From an uncultured bacterium (GTDB lineage: Bacteria; CSSED10-310; CAZUFC01), in contig CAZUFC010000003.1 in NCBI GenBank assembly GCA_964619725.1, positions 78,423 through 142,422 of the forward strand: DNA of 64,000 nucleotides, written 5' to 3'. Below, piece by piece: positions 46,665 through 56,598 of the stretch; the first letter of the stretch is position 1; every line of letters starts with the position of its first letter. A model generated the notes under the pieces. It was given only the letters and a program-made list of their open reading frames with translations, was not told the origin of the DNA and searched no databases. The position numbers and the translations under genes were made by a program.

Positions 46665-48032
46665 ATGCGGAAATCTGAACAACGCATTTTAGGACATGAA
46701 AAGATACAGGAGATTCTGAGGAGAGAATTTCAAAAGAATCGAATACCGAGCGCTTATCTTTTTACGGGGAAAAAGGAGATAGGCAAAAAGACGGTCGCGC
46801 TGGAGCTGGCTGCTGTGATCAATTGTAAACAAAGTGATGGTTATGCCTGCAGAAAGTGTTCTTCATGCCGCAAAATTTTCGATCCTTTTTCGGATCATTC
46901 CGATGTCGTTTTAATTCAGGATATCCGTCAGCCCGTCGTTAAAAGAAGACGTTCCCTGTTTGATAACGTTGAGTTCTACAAATCTCTTGAATATCAGGCC
47001 GAAGATGAGGAGATAGAACAGACATATCTGAATATCTGTAAAAAACTCTATGAATCTAAATTGCTGACGGAAAGTTACCCGACCCTGAGCGGCCTGGAAC
47101 GACTTGATTTTTTCTGGAGGAACCCGGATATCTGCATGAAATTGGGCGACATCGATTCCAAATCCGTTACCGAAATCCTGAACGGAATTTCTCCGGAAAC
47201 TCCAGCGGAGAGTTACCTGATAAAGTCGCTTTATCAATCTCTCGGACCCGAATATTATTCCGGAAGCATCCGAATCGATCAAATTCGTAAAGTTGTTCAA
47301 AGAACGGTGGTACATCCTCCTTTTGAAGGGCGAAAGAAAGTATACATTATCGACGATGCGGAAAATATGACCACTGAAGCGGAAAATTGCCTCTTGAAAA
47401 CCCTGGAGGAGCCCCCGGAATACGCTCTCATCATTCTTGTTTCTTCCAAGCCTTCGGACTTGCTGCCGACAACCAGATCAAGGTGTCGGACTATTCGTTT
47501 CACGGCCCCGACGATAAAGACGATACAGGAAAAAATACAAAACGACCTCCAATACGACGAACAACGAGCACGTTTAATTGCAGGACTGACGCAGGGAAGT
47601 TTCGCTGCGGCTTATTATATGGATTGGGATCAAAGGCTTGAAAACAGGCGCCTTATTCTCGATCAATTCAAAAAAATGAATTTCGATGACGCCCAGGCCG
47701 TATTTGAATTGACCGAACTTCTGGCCCCCGCCGCAAGCGGCAACAAAAAAACCGCCAGAATTGCCGCTTTACAAAGGCTTGAATTTGTCAGGCTTTGGCT
47801 CCATGACCGGTTGCTCATTGAAACGGGCGTCCCTTCAGATTACGCTTTTGCCGGAGTCGAAATTGAACAATATGCTCCTGAAGAATCCCTGAACCAGGAG
47901 CGAATTTTCGGACTTCTGGAAATAATCGATCATGCCAGGAAAATGATATACAGCAATGTAGACGTCAGATTGGCCGTTGAAAGCGCGCTTTTCTCAATGG
48001 CTTCTTACTTGCAAAAAAGGCGAATCCAATGA
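46665..48032 (+). CDS. holB: DNA polymerase III subunit delta-prime with large internal insertion
   Basis: ILGHE, AYLFTG..IGK, C...CRKCSSC, IRIDQIR, KVYIIDDAE, NCLLKTLEEPP, TRSRC. Confidence 0.9.
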   Translation: MRKSEQRILGHEKIQEILRREFQKNRIPSAYLFTGKKEIGKKTVALELAAVINCKQSDGYACRKCSSCRKIFDPFSDHSDVVLIQDIRQPVVKRRRSLFDNVEFYKSLEYQAEDEEIEQTYLNICKKLYESKLLTESYPTLSGLERLDFFWRNPDICMKLGDIDSKSVTEILNGISPETPAESYLIKSLYQSLGPEYYSGSIRIDQIRKVVQRTVVHPPFEGRKKVYIIDDAENMTTEAENCLLKTLEEPPEYALIILVSSKPSDLLPTTRSRCRTIRFTAPTIKTIQEKIQNDLQYDEQRARLIAGLTQGSFAAAYYMDWDQRLENRRLILDQFKKMNFDDAQAVFELTELLAPAASGNKKTARIAALQRLEFVRLWLHDRLLIETGVPSDYAFAGVEIEQYAPEESLNQERIFGLLEIIDHARKMIYSNVDVRLAVESALFSMASYLQKRRIQ

Positions 48033-49462
48033 AAGAATTTACCGGAAAGTTAAACAATAGAACGGCTTCTGATAATAAGAGAAAACTGCGCGAAAAGGAT
48101 ACCGGGAAACCGCAATCATCCCGAAAGAAAAAGGCGCGCCGGATCAGCGCCGGATGCCTGTTTATATTATTTTTCCCTTTGTTGATCGCCGCAGGAGTCG
48201 TATTGTGGGCTGACTGGGTTAATTATCCCCTGTTGCCTGTCGATTTGTTCAATACATTGAGGACGGTCGAGTTCCAATGCAAAATCTCCGGTGAAAGCCG
48301 TGAATTTCTTACGAATGCCATCCGGGAGACGGGAGGCGTTTCCATAAGCATTATGGACAAGGAGGGAAAACCTTTAAAATCCCGGAATCTGAGCAAACTT
48401 AAAACGGACCTGGTAGGTAAAACCATTATTTCATTGCCGGAAGGTCGTTACAGGGTCGCTGCTTCCCTCAGAACAATAAAGCAGAACCGCCTGATTCGTT
48501 TTCAGACCAGGTATGGCCCTGAAGGAGAGCCGGTGGATATTTCAGAAGAAAGTCGCACTATTATTCTGGAACTGTTTCCGGGAGATGATCCTGATTTGAC
48601 GAGAGCATGGAACCTGTTTAAGGAATTTACCGGCAGAGGAAACCTCCATAAAGCCTTGAAACTCGCAAAGACAATCTTACAGGATGAAAGCCAGGGCAAA
48701 TACGAGGACCCTGCTGAGCAGCGAACCATCCTTGAACTGAAGCGGAACGTAGACCGCATTACCGACATTTTCGACTTGCTTGAACAGATCGAACAGGCCC
48801 CGAATAACGCCTACAATACCAGCATAGGAATCGTTGAAGATATACTTCTTTATCTGGAAAGAATTTGCCCGGAATCAGCGCCGGATGAATTGAAAATTCA
48901 AACGCATGAGGAAATTCTCTATCCCGCTTATCGAATTGAGTCTCTCAAGCAGGCTCGAGACGCCGTTATTTTTATGCACCTGGAAAATTTTAATCGTTTT
49001 ATGGATATCAGACATTATCCTACTGCATTGGAAGAATGGCTGAAAATAATTGAAAATCAGGAACTGTACCGGGAAGATCAGGATATGGGTGAGGATTTAA
49101 TGGCCTTTTTTGATGAAGTAAAAGAAAGGATTCCTGAAATTCAGGATAAAGTTAAGGCATGGTTGATTTCGAACCATGAACAAGCAAGAAAACTTCTTGG
49201 AGAGGGAAAAACGGAGGATTCCTGGAAACATATGAGCGTAGTTTTCAGAAATTATGATATTTTCAAGAAGAACCTGGAATTAAGCGAAGATTTATGGACT
49301 CAAAACGAGAGTTTAAGAGAAGATGCCCGTCGCATTATGGAAGCGGAGCAGGCTTATAATGAAAGCCGTTATGAGGAGGCTCTGAGGCTTATGGAAATGG
49401 TTGATGTAGAAGGGACATGGATACAGGGACGGATAAAAGAACTTAAAGTGCTTATAATGTAA
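48029..49462 (+). CDS. Membrane-anchored helical hypothetical protein
   Basis: ATGA overlap with holB; basic N-tail, one TM segment, short beta domain, then a helical region. Confidence 0.7.
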   Translation: MKEFTGKLNNRTASDNKRKLREKDTGKPQSSRKKKARRISAGCLFILFFPLLIAAGVVLWADWVNYPLLPVDLFNTLRTVEFQCKISGESREFLTNAIRETGGVSISIMDKEGKPLKSRNLSKLKTDLVGKTIISLPEGRYRVAASLRTIKQNRLIRFQTRYGPEGEPVDISEESRTIILELFPGDDPDLTRAWNLFKEFTGRGNLHKALKLAKTILQDESQGKYEDPAEQRTILELKRNVDRITDIFDLLEQIEQAPNNAYNTSIGIVEDILLYLERICPESAPDELKIQTHEEILYPAYRIESLKQARDAVIFMHLENFNRFMDIRHYPTALEEWLKIIENQELYREDQDMGEDLMAFFDEVKERIPEIQDKVKAWLISNHEQARKLLGEGKTEDSWKHMSVVFRNYDIFKKNLELSEDLWTQNESLREDARRIMEAEQAYNESRYEEALRLMEMVDVEGTWIQGRIKELKVLIM

Positions 49463-49480
49463 GGATGAAAAGGAAAAACG

Positions 49481-50842
49481 ATGACGGAACAAAAGTATAG
49501 CGATGTGAGGCCGGGATGGTTTTTGCCGGTTTATTTGTTCGTGACTGCTCTTTCAATCCTGTCGGCAGTCGTGCCTGTGGCGGCGCTGTCGCTGGATCGG
49601 CGAATAACTTTATTCTGGATTATTCCGGGATGCATTCAGATTCTGTGTACGGCAATGCTGCTGATAAGGAAGAGATGGACCTGGATGTACGTGCATGTTT
49701 CAACCGGAATCGTCATTATCATTCAACTGTTTATAAAACAGCATTTTCCCGAACCGCTTGCTTACGGAATTTTAGCGGTATGGACCCTCTTTCTTTTTAT
49801 GCTGAATTTGAAACGGGTCAGCAGAATGTACAATATCGAAAAAGGTTACAGGGTCCTCGTCGGGATATTGATCAGCGACGTATTTCTTTATCTGGCTTTC
49901 AGAGGCACTCCTTTCCGGCAGATAAAAGAAGCCATAATGACGGTGGAAATCTGGTGGATTCCGCCGGCAATCCTGGTCTATTTCGCAGCGATATGGATCA
50001 GAACCGTGCGCTGGAGATATCTGATGAAACCGGTCAAGAAGTGCTCGACCAGAAGCCTTTTTCCCGTTTACGTCATCAGTTATATGGCTAACAATGTCCT
50101 GCCGCTCAGAATGGGAGATGTCTACAGGGCTTACTTCATCGGAAAAAAGGAATCGGTAAGCAAAGCGGCCGCCCTGATGACCATCGGCGTTGAGCGCATA
50201 TTCGACGGCCTGACTATGATTATTTTTCTGGCAATCGCCTCTCTGATGTTTCCTTTTGAGGAAGATATCAGAACAGTCCTGCGGTTCGCAGCGCTGGCTT
50301 TTATTCCCATGATGCTTTTTTGTTATGTGTTGATATGGAAGCAGAGTATGGCCAGGCGATTATTTCATTTTTTCACGTCAAAGCTTCCTGATAAACTGTC
50401 GTTCAAACTTGATAAGATTTTCGATTCTTTTTTTCTGGGATTGGGAGCGCTGAAAGGGCCCCGGGATATTTTTTTCGTTATCGTGTATTCCATCTTAACC
50501 TGGCTGACGGAAGCCGTGATGTATCATCTTTTCCTGTTGGCCTTTCAATTATCCCTGCCTTTCCATGTCGCCGTCAGCGCTCTGGCAGTCGTTAATCTGG
50601 GAATCATTATACCTGCAGGACCCGGATACATGGGCACCTTCGAATACTTCTGCGTACTTATCCTGGGACCCAGAGGATACGGGGCGGTTATGGGAATTAC
50701 CAAAGATGTGGCCCGCGCTTATGCCCTTCTGCTTCATATTGTCGGACAATGGATACCCAGCACGCTGCTGGGCATCTGGTACATGTGGAGAGAACATCTC
50801 AGTTTCAGTGAAGTTAAAAGCGATGAGGGAGGAATAAAATGA
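49481..50842 (+). CDS. Lysylphosphatidylglycerol synthase TM / flippase-like protein with extra N-terminal helices
   Basis: RTVRWRYL, ANNVLPLRMGDVYR, ERIFD, IPAGPGYMGTFE. Confidence 0.88.
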   Translation: MTEQKYSDVRPGWFLPVYLFVTALSILSAVVPVAALSLDRRITLFWIIPGCIQILCTAMLLIRKRWTWMYVHVSTGIVIIIQLFIKQHFPEPLAYGILAVWTLFLFMLNLKRVSRMYNIEKGYRVLVGILISDVFLYLAFRGTPFRQIKEAIMTVEIWWIPPAILVYFAAIWIRTVRWRYLMKPVKKCSTRSLFPVYVISYMANNVLPLRMGDVYRAYFIGKKESVSKAAALMTIGVERIFDGLTMIIFLAIASLMFPFEEDIRTVLRFAALAFIPMMLFCYVLIWKQSMARRLFHFFTSKLPDKLSFKLDKIFDSFFLGLGALKGPRDIFFVIVYSILTWLTEAVMYHLFLLAFQLSLPFHVAVSALAVVNLGIIIPAGPGYMGTFEYFCVLILGPRGYGAVMGITKDVARAYALLLHIVGQWIPSTLLGIWYMWREHLSFSEVKSDEGGIK

Positions 50843-51723
50843 GTTTTCGGGCAAGAGAAATTTTACTCGTTTTTATTTTTTTCCCTCTGCTCTCTCTGTC
50901 CTGCCCCTTTTACTCAATCGAGGCTGCGGATTTTTCTCTTGGAATAAGGTACCTTTATCCCATGTGGGAAATGCAGGATTACAACATTCTTATCAGAGAA
51001 AACTGGTATTACCGCAGCGTCTACGGCGAAAACTGGTTTGACGGGGTGGATGACATCAGAATGTCCGGAGCCGGTATGGTCGGCGCGGAACTGGGCATAA
51101 ACTTTTCCGGTAAACTGGATTTCCTGACTGCCTTTCGTTTCGGTAATTTCACCGCTGAAATTGAAAACAAAGCCCTGACCGTGCAAAATGATATCACCGC
51201 AGAAACGGAATACCAATTCGAAACCGATGCCCGACGGATTGAAATTAACGCCTTGATACGATACAGAATGATGAACTTGCTTACGGCCTATGCAGGATTC
51301 GAATACCTCGATTTCAGCATGAAAGGCATTGATTTCAACGTTAAAAAGACCCTGGAAGAAACTGTGCCGGCTTTCTATACGAGACATTTTAACGATTACA
51401 GGGAAGTGTCCATGGGGCCCCTGTTAGGCCTCAATCACTACAGGCCCCTCCTCTCCGGTAAATGGTTCTGGCTCATCGGCGGCTCTGCAGCTTACCTGCT
51501 TGTCGATCCAGGAGGCGATGAAGAAACCGGCGATGATCCCGTTTACTTCGAAGAATCTGAAAAGTCAGGTTTCCTGCTCTCAGCCGAAACGGGAATTTTT
51601 AAAATGTTTCTGCAAGGTAAAATGTCTTTGGAATTCCGATACTCCTACGATTATTACAGGCTGAATCCACAAAACAGCCGCCTGCAAGCCGTCAGCGTCA
51701 GCCTGCACTATATCTTCGAATAA
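50839..51723 (+). CDS. Probable outer-membrane beta-barrel protein
   Basis: Signal peptide, amphipathic strands and C-terminal VSVSLHYIFE. Confidence 0.7.
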   Translation: MSFRAREILLVFIFFPLLSLSCPFYSIEAADFSLGIRYLYPMWEMQDYNILIRENWYYRSVYGENWFDGVDDIRMSGAGMVGAELGINFSGKLDFLTAFRFGNFTAEIENKALTVQNDITAETEYQFETDARRIEINALIRYRMMNLLTAYAGFEYLDFSMKGIDFNVKKTLEETVPAFYTRHFNDYREVSMGPLLGLNHYRPLLSGKWFWLIGGSAAYLLVDPGGDEETGDDPVYFEESEKSGFLLSAETGIFKMFLQGKMSLEFRYSYDYYRLNPQNSRLQAVSVSLHYIFE

Positions 51724-51727
51724 TAAC

Positions 51728-52303
51728 CTACGCAGAAAGTGCCGCGCTTCTATCGAAACCGCTATGCCTTTGCCGGTAATAAATGACCGCTTTTCCCATT
51801 CCCCAGATCGCAGCGCCGGCGCCCAATCCGACAGGAAAGGTTATGAAATCTTTCCAGACCCATAACTTGTAATAGGCTATATGTGCCGTCAGAGCCGCTC
51901 CTACTCCTATACGAAAAAAACTCTTTTCCCGCCGGAAAAATAGTTGATGCGGAAGGTAATACCCTATAAGAAGCGCATGTCCGCTGATGGGGATGTAAAA
52001 CATTAACCGCGTCAAAGCCGTCAGGCACAGCATTAAAAACTGAATGGCGTTCGATGTCCATAACGCTTTGGAACCCGAATGATAACAATGCGCTGATATC
52101 TCCGCTATGAGAATTCCGAATGGAAAAAAAATCAGAAACTGGTAGCTCCATGGAGTGAGCTGATCCAGCGGCGTCGATCCGCGGACCGCAGGGTAAGGCT
52201 CCATGACGGAAAACGCGACGGCTCCTGCCAGCGTCAACAAAAACGCCGTTCCATATACCCATAAGGAACTCGCCCTATAATGCGCGCTTATTCCGGTAAT
52301 CAT
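51728..52303 (-). CDS. Integral membrane hypothetical protein
   Basis: About 5-6 hydrophobic segments; PISGHAL motif. Confidence 0.65.
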   Translation of the reverse strand: MITGISAHYRASSLWVYGTAFLLTLAGAVAFSVMEPYPAVRGSTPLDQLTPWSYQFLIFFPFGILIAEISAHCYHSGSKALWTSNAIQFLMLCLTALTRLMFYIPISGHALLIGYYLPHQLFFRREKSFFRIGVGAALTAHIAYYKLWVWKDFITFPVGLGAGAAIWGMGKAVIYYRQRHSGFDRSAALSA

Positions 52304-52324
52304 ATCAGTCGCTCGTCCAATCCC

Positions 52325-52516
52325 CTATTTCAAATTTATTCCAGCGTTCTGCTTTTCTTTTTTCGTCCCTACAGATTCCGTGCACCTGGCGCATAAATAT
52401 TCATATAAAGCTCCGTCAGGCAATATTAAAAGCAGGCGCTTCCTGACCGGCATTGCGGTTTTGCAGCGCGGACAATAAAGAGTTATGGCTTCCAGGTCTT
52501 TATATTGAGAGTTCAT
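52325..52516 (-). CDS. Small zinc-ribbon protein (63 aa)
   Basis: GGAGG RBS before the ATG at 52516; LYCPRC...PVRKRLLLILPDG..YEYLCARC. Confidence 0.75.
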   Translation of the reverse strand: MNSQYKDLEAITLYCPRCKTAMPVRKRLLLILPDGALYEYLCARCTESVGTKKEKQNAGINLK

Positions 52517-52646
52517 TAAATCGGCCTCCTTCGATTTAACTCGCCCCCATTCTAATAAAAATCCATGCGCATGACCAGCCCTGAAAAGTGAATTCGGACG
52601 TACCGGCATCCGGCACATCGACTAAAGTCCGTTTCTCGTCCGGAAT

Positions 52647-53513
52647 TTACCTCTGTTCCGTCAACATGCTCCTTTGTCTTTCCATCACATAATTTGCAAT
52701 GGCCGATTCCTGCTGGTAATGGCAATCCGTTTGACTCCAATCGAATTTTATGCCGTAACGAAATATCTTCTTCCCGTTTGAAGTTCTGGATAACTTATAC
52801 CTTATTTTTCCCGTTATCTTTAATCCCATTTCACAATGCGGCAGGCGGAATACGAGCAGCGTCTCATCCCGTTCTTCGATTTTTTCCGATGTCGCTTCAT
52901 CCGCTTCCAGCCCGATTCCGGATATTGAAATGTCGATAAGTTTACCCTTGTGAGACTCGTCTTCCCATTCGAGTAGGATGAATATCGGCGCATTGACTTC
53001 AGGTTTCACCCGGAATCCTTCACGCCTGTTCAAAAAATTCCAGAAATAGGGATCGAATCCTTCAGCCCACGTTATTGGGTCTACAAAATGAAAATGGATT
53101 TTCTGGATGTTCTTCCACGGAGTTACAGCTTTTACTTCGGAATCAATGAACACGCTGATCGTCGTCCCCGTTACCTGAAAATTAAGCTTTGCCGTGACTC
53201 CCTGCTCCAGAACGCCAGATTCTTCCTCCCTTACCCCGATTACTGCACTCTCCTTGTTGATCTCCAGCAACGCCACATGTAATGCGCCTTTCTTCGGATC
53301 AATAATGTACGCGTTTACGGCCTGAAGATAAGGGGAATTGACGAGCGGAGTTTCTGATTTATTGATCTGTTCCGAGTGGCTGAACAATTCGACCTCCTCC
53401 GAAAACTTATAAAAATTTGTGTGCGTAATTACCGAACATGTTCCATTTCCGGACATCCTGATCTCACCGGAATATCTCTTTTTTTGTCTTATTAATTTTG
53501 TATTAATTCCCAT
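52647..53513 (-). CDS. PilZ-domain (c-di-GMP receptor-like) protein
   Basis: RREGFR (RxxxR) and DISISG (DxSxxG), then YGIKF; start codon uncertain. Confidence 0.8.
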   Translation of the reverse strand: MGINTKLIRQKKRYSGEIRMSGNGTCSVITHTNFYKFSEEVELFSHSEQINKSETPLVNSPYLQAVNAYIIDPKKGALHVALLEINKESAVIGVREEESGVLEQGVTAKLNFQVTGTTISVFIDSEVKAVTPWKNIQKIHFHFVDPITWAEGFDPYFWNFLNRREGFRVKPEVNAPIFILLEWEDESHKGKLIDISISGIGLEADEATSEKIEERDETLLVFRLPHCEMGLKITGKIRYKLSRTSNGKKIFRYGIKFDWSQTDCHYQQESAIANYVMERQRSMLTEQR

Positions 53514-53618
53514 TCAGGCTATGGAGCGCAAGGTATCGCGGGCTGTCCGGCGACAACCTGCCGGTACAAATAACATGCAAAAAAGCAGCCGTTTTTGACG
53601 GACTTTTCGGATTAATTA

Positions 53619-53818
53619 GTTTTTGTCCATAAACGGCGAATTTCCCCCAATGCTGCGTCAGGCTACGGATTGGCTCAATCAACGTATAATAAATACCCCT
53701 GCCTCGTAAATCCTTGCCTTCCTTGCCTTAAGAAAAATTCGCCCGTTTATGGATCAAAAACCGCAGTGACTGTCCAGCATTAAATTTTGAATCGACAATC
53801 GAGTTTATGGACAGTCAC
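53619..53818. mobile_element. 200-bp MITE, copy 2
   Basis: Same ends as copy 1; flanked by TAATTA at 53613-53618 and 53819-53824. Confidence 0.85.
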
Positions 53819-54147
53819 TAATTAGACTTATCTGCAAATCGAAATTTTTGTCGAAACTCATAAGTCCTTGTTTATTTTCGATCTCTGCCCCCCTTTCTGC
53901 CTTTTGCCGGAATCCAGTCGATGCCTTGAAAAAAAACTCTATCGATCCTATCATTTCAACGAAATGACTCAACTGAGAAAAATAAACGTGATATCGGCGC
54001 AAACGGATTGCGCGTTTTATTTTGTGCGTGTAAGCTGAATCGTCTTTTTCGGGAAACGCTGTCCGTGCGCGTTGAAATAAAACGATGACGAATAGTAACG
54101 AAGAACGGCTGTCTGCACCGACAACAGAATGAAATCGGAGGAATTCA

Positions 54148-54909
54148 ATGGTTAAACGTGAAGAACTAATCCGGTATCTTGATGAAAGACTCGACATAGA
54201 ATCCGTCACGGATTATTCTATGAACGGACTTCAAGTGCAGGGAACGGATCAAATCGACAAGGCTGCTCTGGCTGTGGACGCAGCGCTGATAACCTTCAGA
54301 AAAGCCGCCGAACAGAAATGTCCGATAATTTTAACTCATCACGGCATTCTGTGGAAAAGCCCGGAGAGAATTACGGGGCCCTTTTATGAAAAAATTAAAT
54401 TTTTAATCAATCGCAACATAAACCTTTATGCCGTTCACTTGCCGCTGGATGCACACCCGGAACTGGGCAACAACGCTGAACTTGCCCGAATGATGGAACT
54501 TAATGAGATAAAACCCTTCGGTTATGACCGCATGTCCGGGATTCATCTGGGATTCTCTGGCCAGTTGCCTGACGAGATGACTGTTGAAGAATTGAGGAAC
54601 GTCTGGAGGACGAATCTGGCATGCGAACCGAAAGTTCTTCCCTTCGGTCCGAAAAAAATCAGAAAAGCGGCCATAGTGTCCGGCAGCGCCGGCAATATGC
54701 TCGGTGAGGCCATTAAAGAAGGCCTCGACTGCTTCATAACGGGCGAAGGCTCACATCCCCATTACCATCAGGCATTGGAATTCGGTATTCACGTCATCTA
54801 CCTGGGGCATTATCACTCTGAAAAACCAGGAATCAAAGCCCTGGGAAAGGAACTGGAAAAAATATTTAAAATTCAGACGGTTTTTATCGACGAGCCGACT
54901 TCCTTCTAA
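54148..54909 (+). CDS. Nif3-like dinuclear metal center protein (YbgI family)
   Basis: NGLQVQG, THHGILW, HLPLDAHPELGNN, GHYHSE. Confidence 0.93.
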   Translation: MVKREELIRYLDERLDIESVTDYSMNGLQVQGTDQIDKAALAVDAALITFRKAAEQKCPIILTHHGILWKSPERITGPFYEKIKFLINRNINLYAVHLPLDAHPELGNNAELARMMELNEIKPFGYDRMSGIHLGFSGQLPDEMTVEELRNVWRTNLACEPKVLPFGPKKIRKAAIVSGSAGNMLGEAIKEGLDCFITGEGSHPHYHQALEFGIHVIYLGHYHSEKPGIKALGKELEKIFKIQTVFIDEPTSF

Positions 54910-56576
54910 TTCGGGTCGAAAACCATGAAAGCACCCTGATTTTTTCGTCCGCCTTCGCCTCGAGCGTATTTTTCATGATCGATAAGGTGATCGAAAAGCC
55001 CCATATTCATTTTTAAGATGTTGATCAGGCGTTCGTTGTTCCACAAGGGCCCTCTGGTAATGGAGCGTAATTTTTCGTAAAACTGACCCAGGCTGCGGTC
55101 TTTCAAAAGAATCTCATCTTTCTCGATTGATTCCAGGTAGCCTGCTGGAACGACTCTCCGAAAGTGTCCAATGCGTCTGTTCGGGTCCTTTATTGCCGGC
55201 AATCTTGCGAGCAACGGATCGGTCAAGCCCACGAAATCGACGATATGAGTATCCGTATGAGCGTAGAATCCCGGTATTCCGACGTTACCGTGAAGGATCA
55301 CTTTTTTCTTCTCTCGTTTGCCGGCATTAACGACTTGCGAACTCAGGAGCTGTTCCGGCTGAGACGGACGGCGACGATTTTTTCGCATAGGATTCTCATG
55401 CAAAATGGAATTCTGATGCCTTCTATTGATCAGTCCGGTTTTTCTGAAATATACTCCCCGTTCGTCGGCTATGCCGTTACGATCTATCGACCAGCCCTTA
55501 TAGTCCCTTTCTCTAAGTATGGAAGAATAAGGTGTGGATGTGCCTGTAAACGCTATAACGGTCAAAATCAGGATTAAAAGCGGAAGGCGAGGTTTCCAGG
55601 AAAGACGAGTCAACATGAAAACAGCGCAGAATAATACCGGGGTAAGAAACCGGCCGCTCATAAAATCGCCGCCGATCCATAAGATGTAAAGCAGATAAAG
55701 AAAAATGGCTGCTGAGATCGCCCGGAAAAGTCTGTTTTTCTTGAATAAACCGATGAAAAATGTGAGTCCCACGGTCGTCAATGTAATCGGATCGACGAAT
55801 AATGAATTTTTAAGATACAGCGTTCCTTGCTCCATCAGTTCAAAACGACTGATTCCCGCTCCCAGTTTTGAATAGGCCGGATTAGGAAAAGGAGTTCCGT
55901 AGTATATCAAAGAGAAAAATTCCCAGAGGATAAAAGGCATGAAACCGAGGACGAGAGCAACGATTCTCCTGGCTTTTATTCTTTTGCTTCGTTGTTTTTC
56001 GAATAGTTTGAGCAGCAGCATGGGCAGGAAGAGCAGCAACGTATCCATGCGATTGAGAACGCCTAAGCCGGCGAAAAAGGCCAGGTGAAAAAGTGAATAT
56101 TGGTCGTTTTCATCCTTGAACGCGGTCAGCAGAAAAAACAACAGGATAACATGAGTTAAACAATTCTCAAGGCCCGATGTGGAATAATCGAGGTAAGCTT
56201 TTGAAAAAATTAAGAGGGACAACCCGACGGGTAGAACCGACGAGCGTCGGTCGGATTTAAAAATTAGAACGAGCATGCTCGCCATAGAAATGCCGATGGA
56301 TAGAAAAATGGATGTGAATAAAAGTTCACGGGTTATCAGTCCGGCCAGTGACAAAAGAAGCATCCACAAGGGATGGGTAAAGGTTTGAACCCTTTCGTCC
56401 GGGTTCCAGCCGATGCCGTCACCCTCAAGCAGCCGGCGCACCGTTCTGAAAGTGATGAACGCGTCGTCCGCCAGCCAGGCTGTCTGATACAGACAATAGG
56501 CATAAAGACCAAACAGAATTAAGGATATGACTGTTATTGTTTTTTTGGATGCCGGACCTGTCAGGGGTGAGCTCAT
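54906..56576 (-). CDS. GT-C membrane glycosyltransferase (arabinofuranosyltransferase-like)
   Basis: DDAFITFR, ERVQTFTHPLW, TSGLE, GGDFMSGRFL, GLTDPLLA, IGHFRR. The ATG at 56576 avoids overlap with the upstream gene. Confidence 0.78.
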   Translation of the reverse strand: MSSPLTGPASKKTITVISLILFGLYAYCLYQTAWLADDAFITFRTVRRLLEGDGIGWNPDERVQTFTHPLWMLLLSLAGLITRELLFTSIFLSIGISMASMLVLIFKSDRRSSVLPVGLSLLIFSKAYLDYSTSGLENCLTHVILLFFLLTAFKDENDQYSLFHLAFFAGLGVLNRMDTLLLFLPMLLLKLFEKQRSKRIKARRIVALVLGFMPFILWEFFSLIYYGTPFPNPAYSKLGAGISRFELMEQGTLYLKNSLFVDPITLTTVGLTFFIGLFKKNRLFRAISAAIFLYLLYILWIGGDFMSGRFLTPVLFCAVFMLTRLSWKPRLPLLILILTVIAFTGTSTPYSSILRERDYKGWSIDRNGIADERGVYFRKTGLINRRHQNSILHENPMRKNRRRPSQPEQLLSSQVVNAGKREKKKVILHGNVGIPGFYAHTDTHIVDFVGLTDPLLARLPAIKDPNRRIGHFRRVVPAGYLESIEKDEILLKDRSLGQFYEKLRSITRGPLWNNERLINILKMNMGLFDHLIDHEKYARGEGGRKNQGAFMVFDPN

Positions 56577-56598
56577 GAATGAAAAACTTCTTCGGCAG

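Noticed and set aside
46917-47261. Intein in holB
   Set aside because: No Cys/Ser start block, no His-Asn end followed by Cys/Ser/Thr, and no LAGLIDADG motif.
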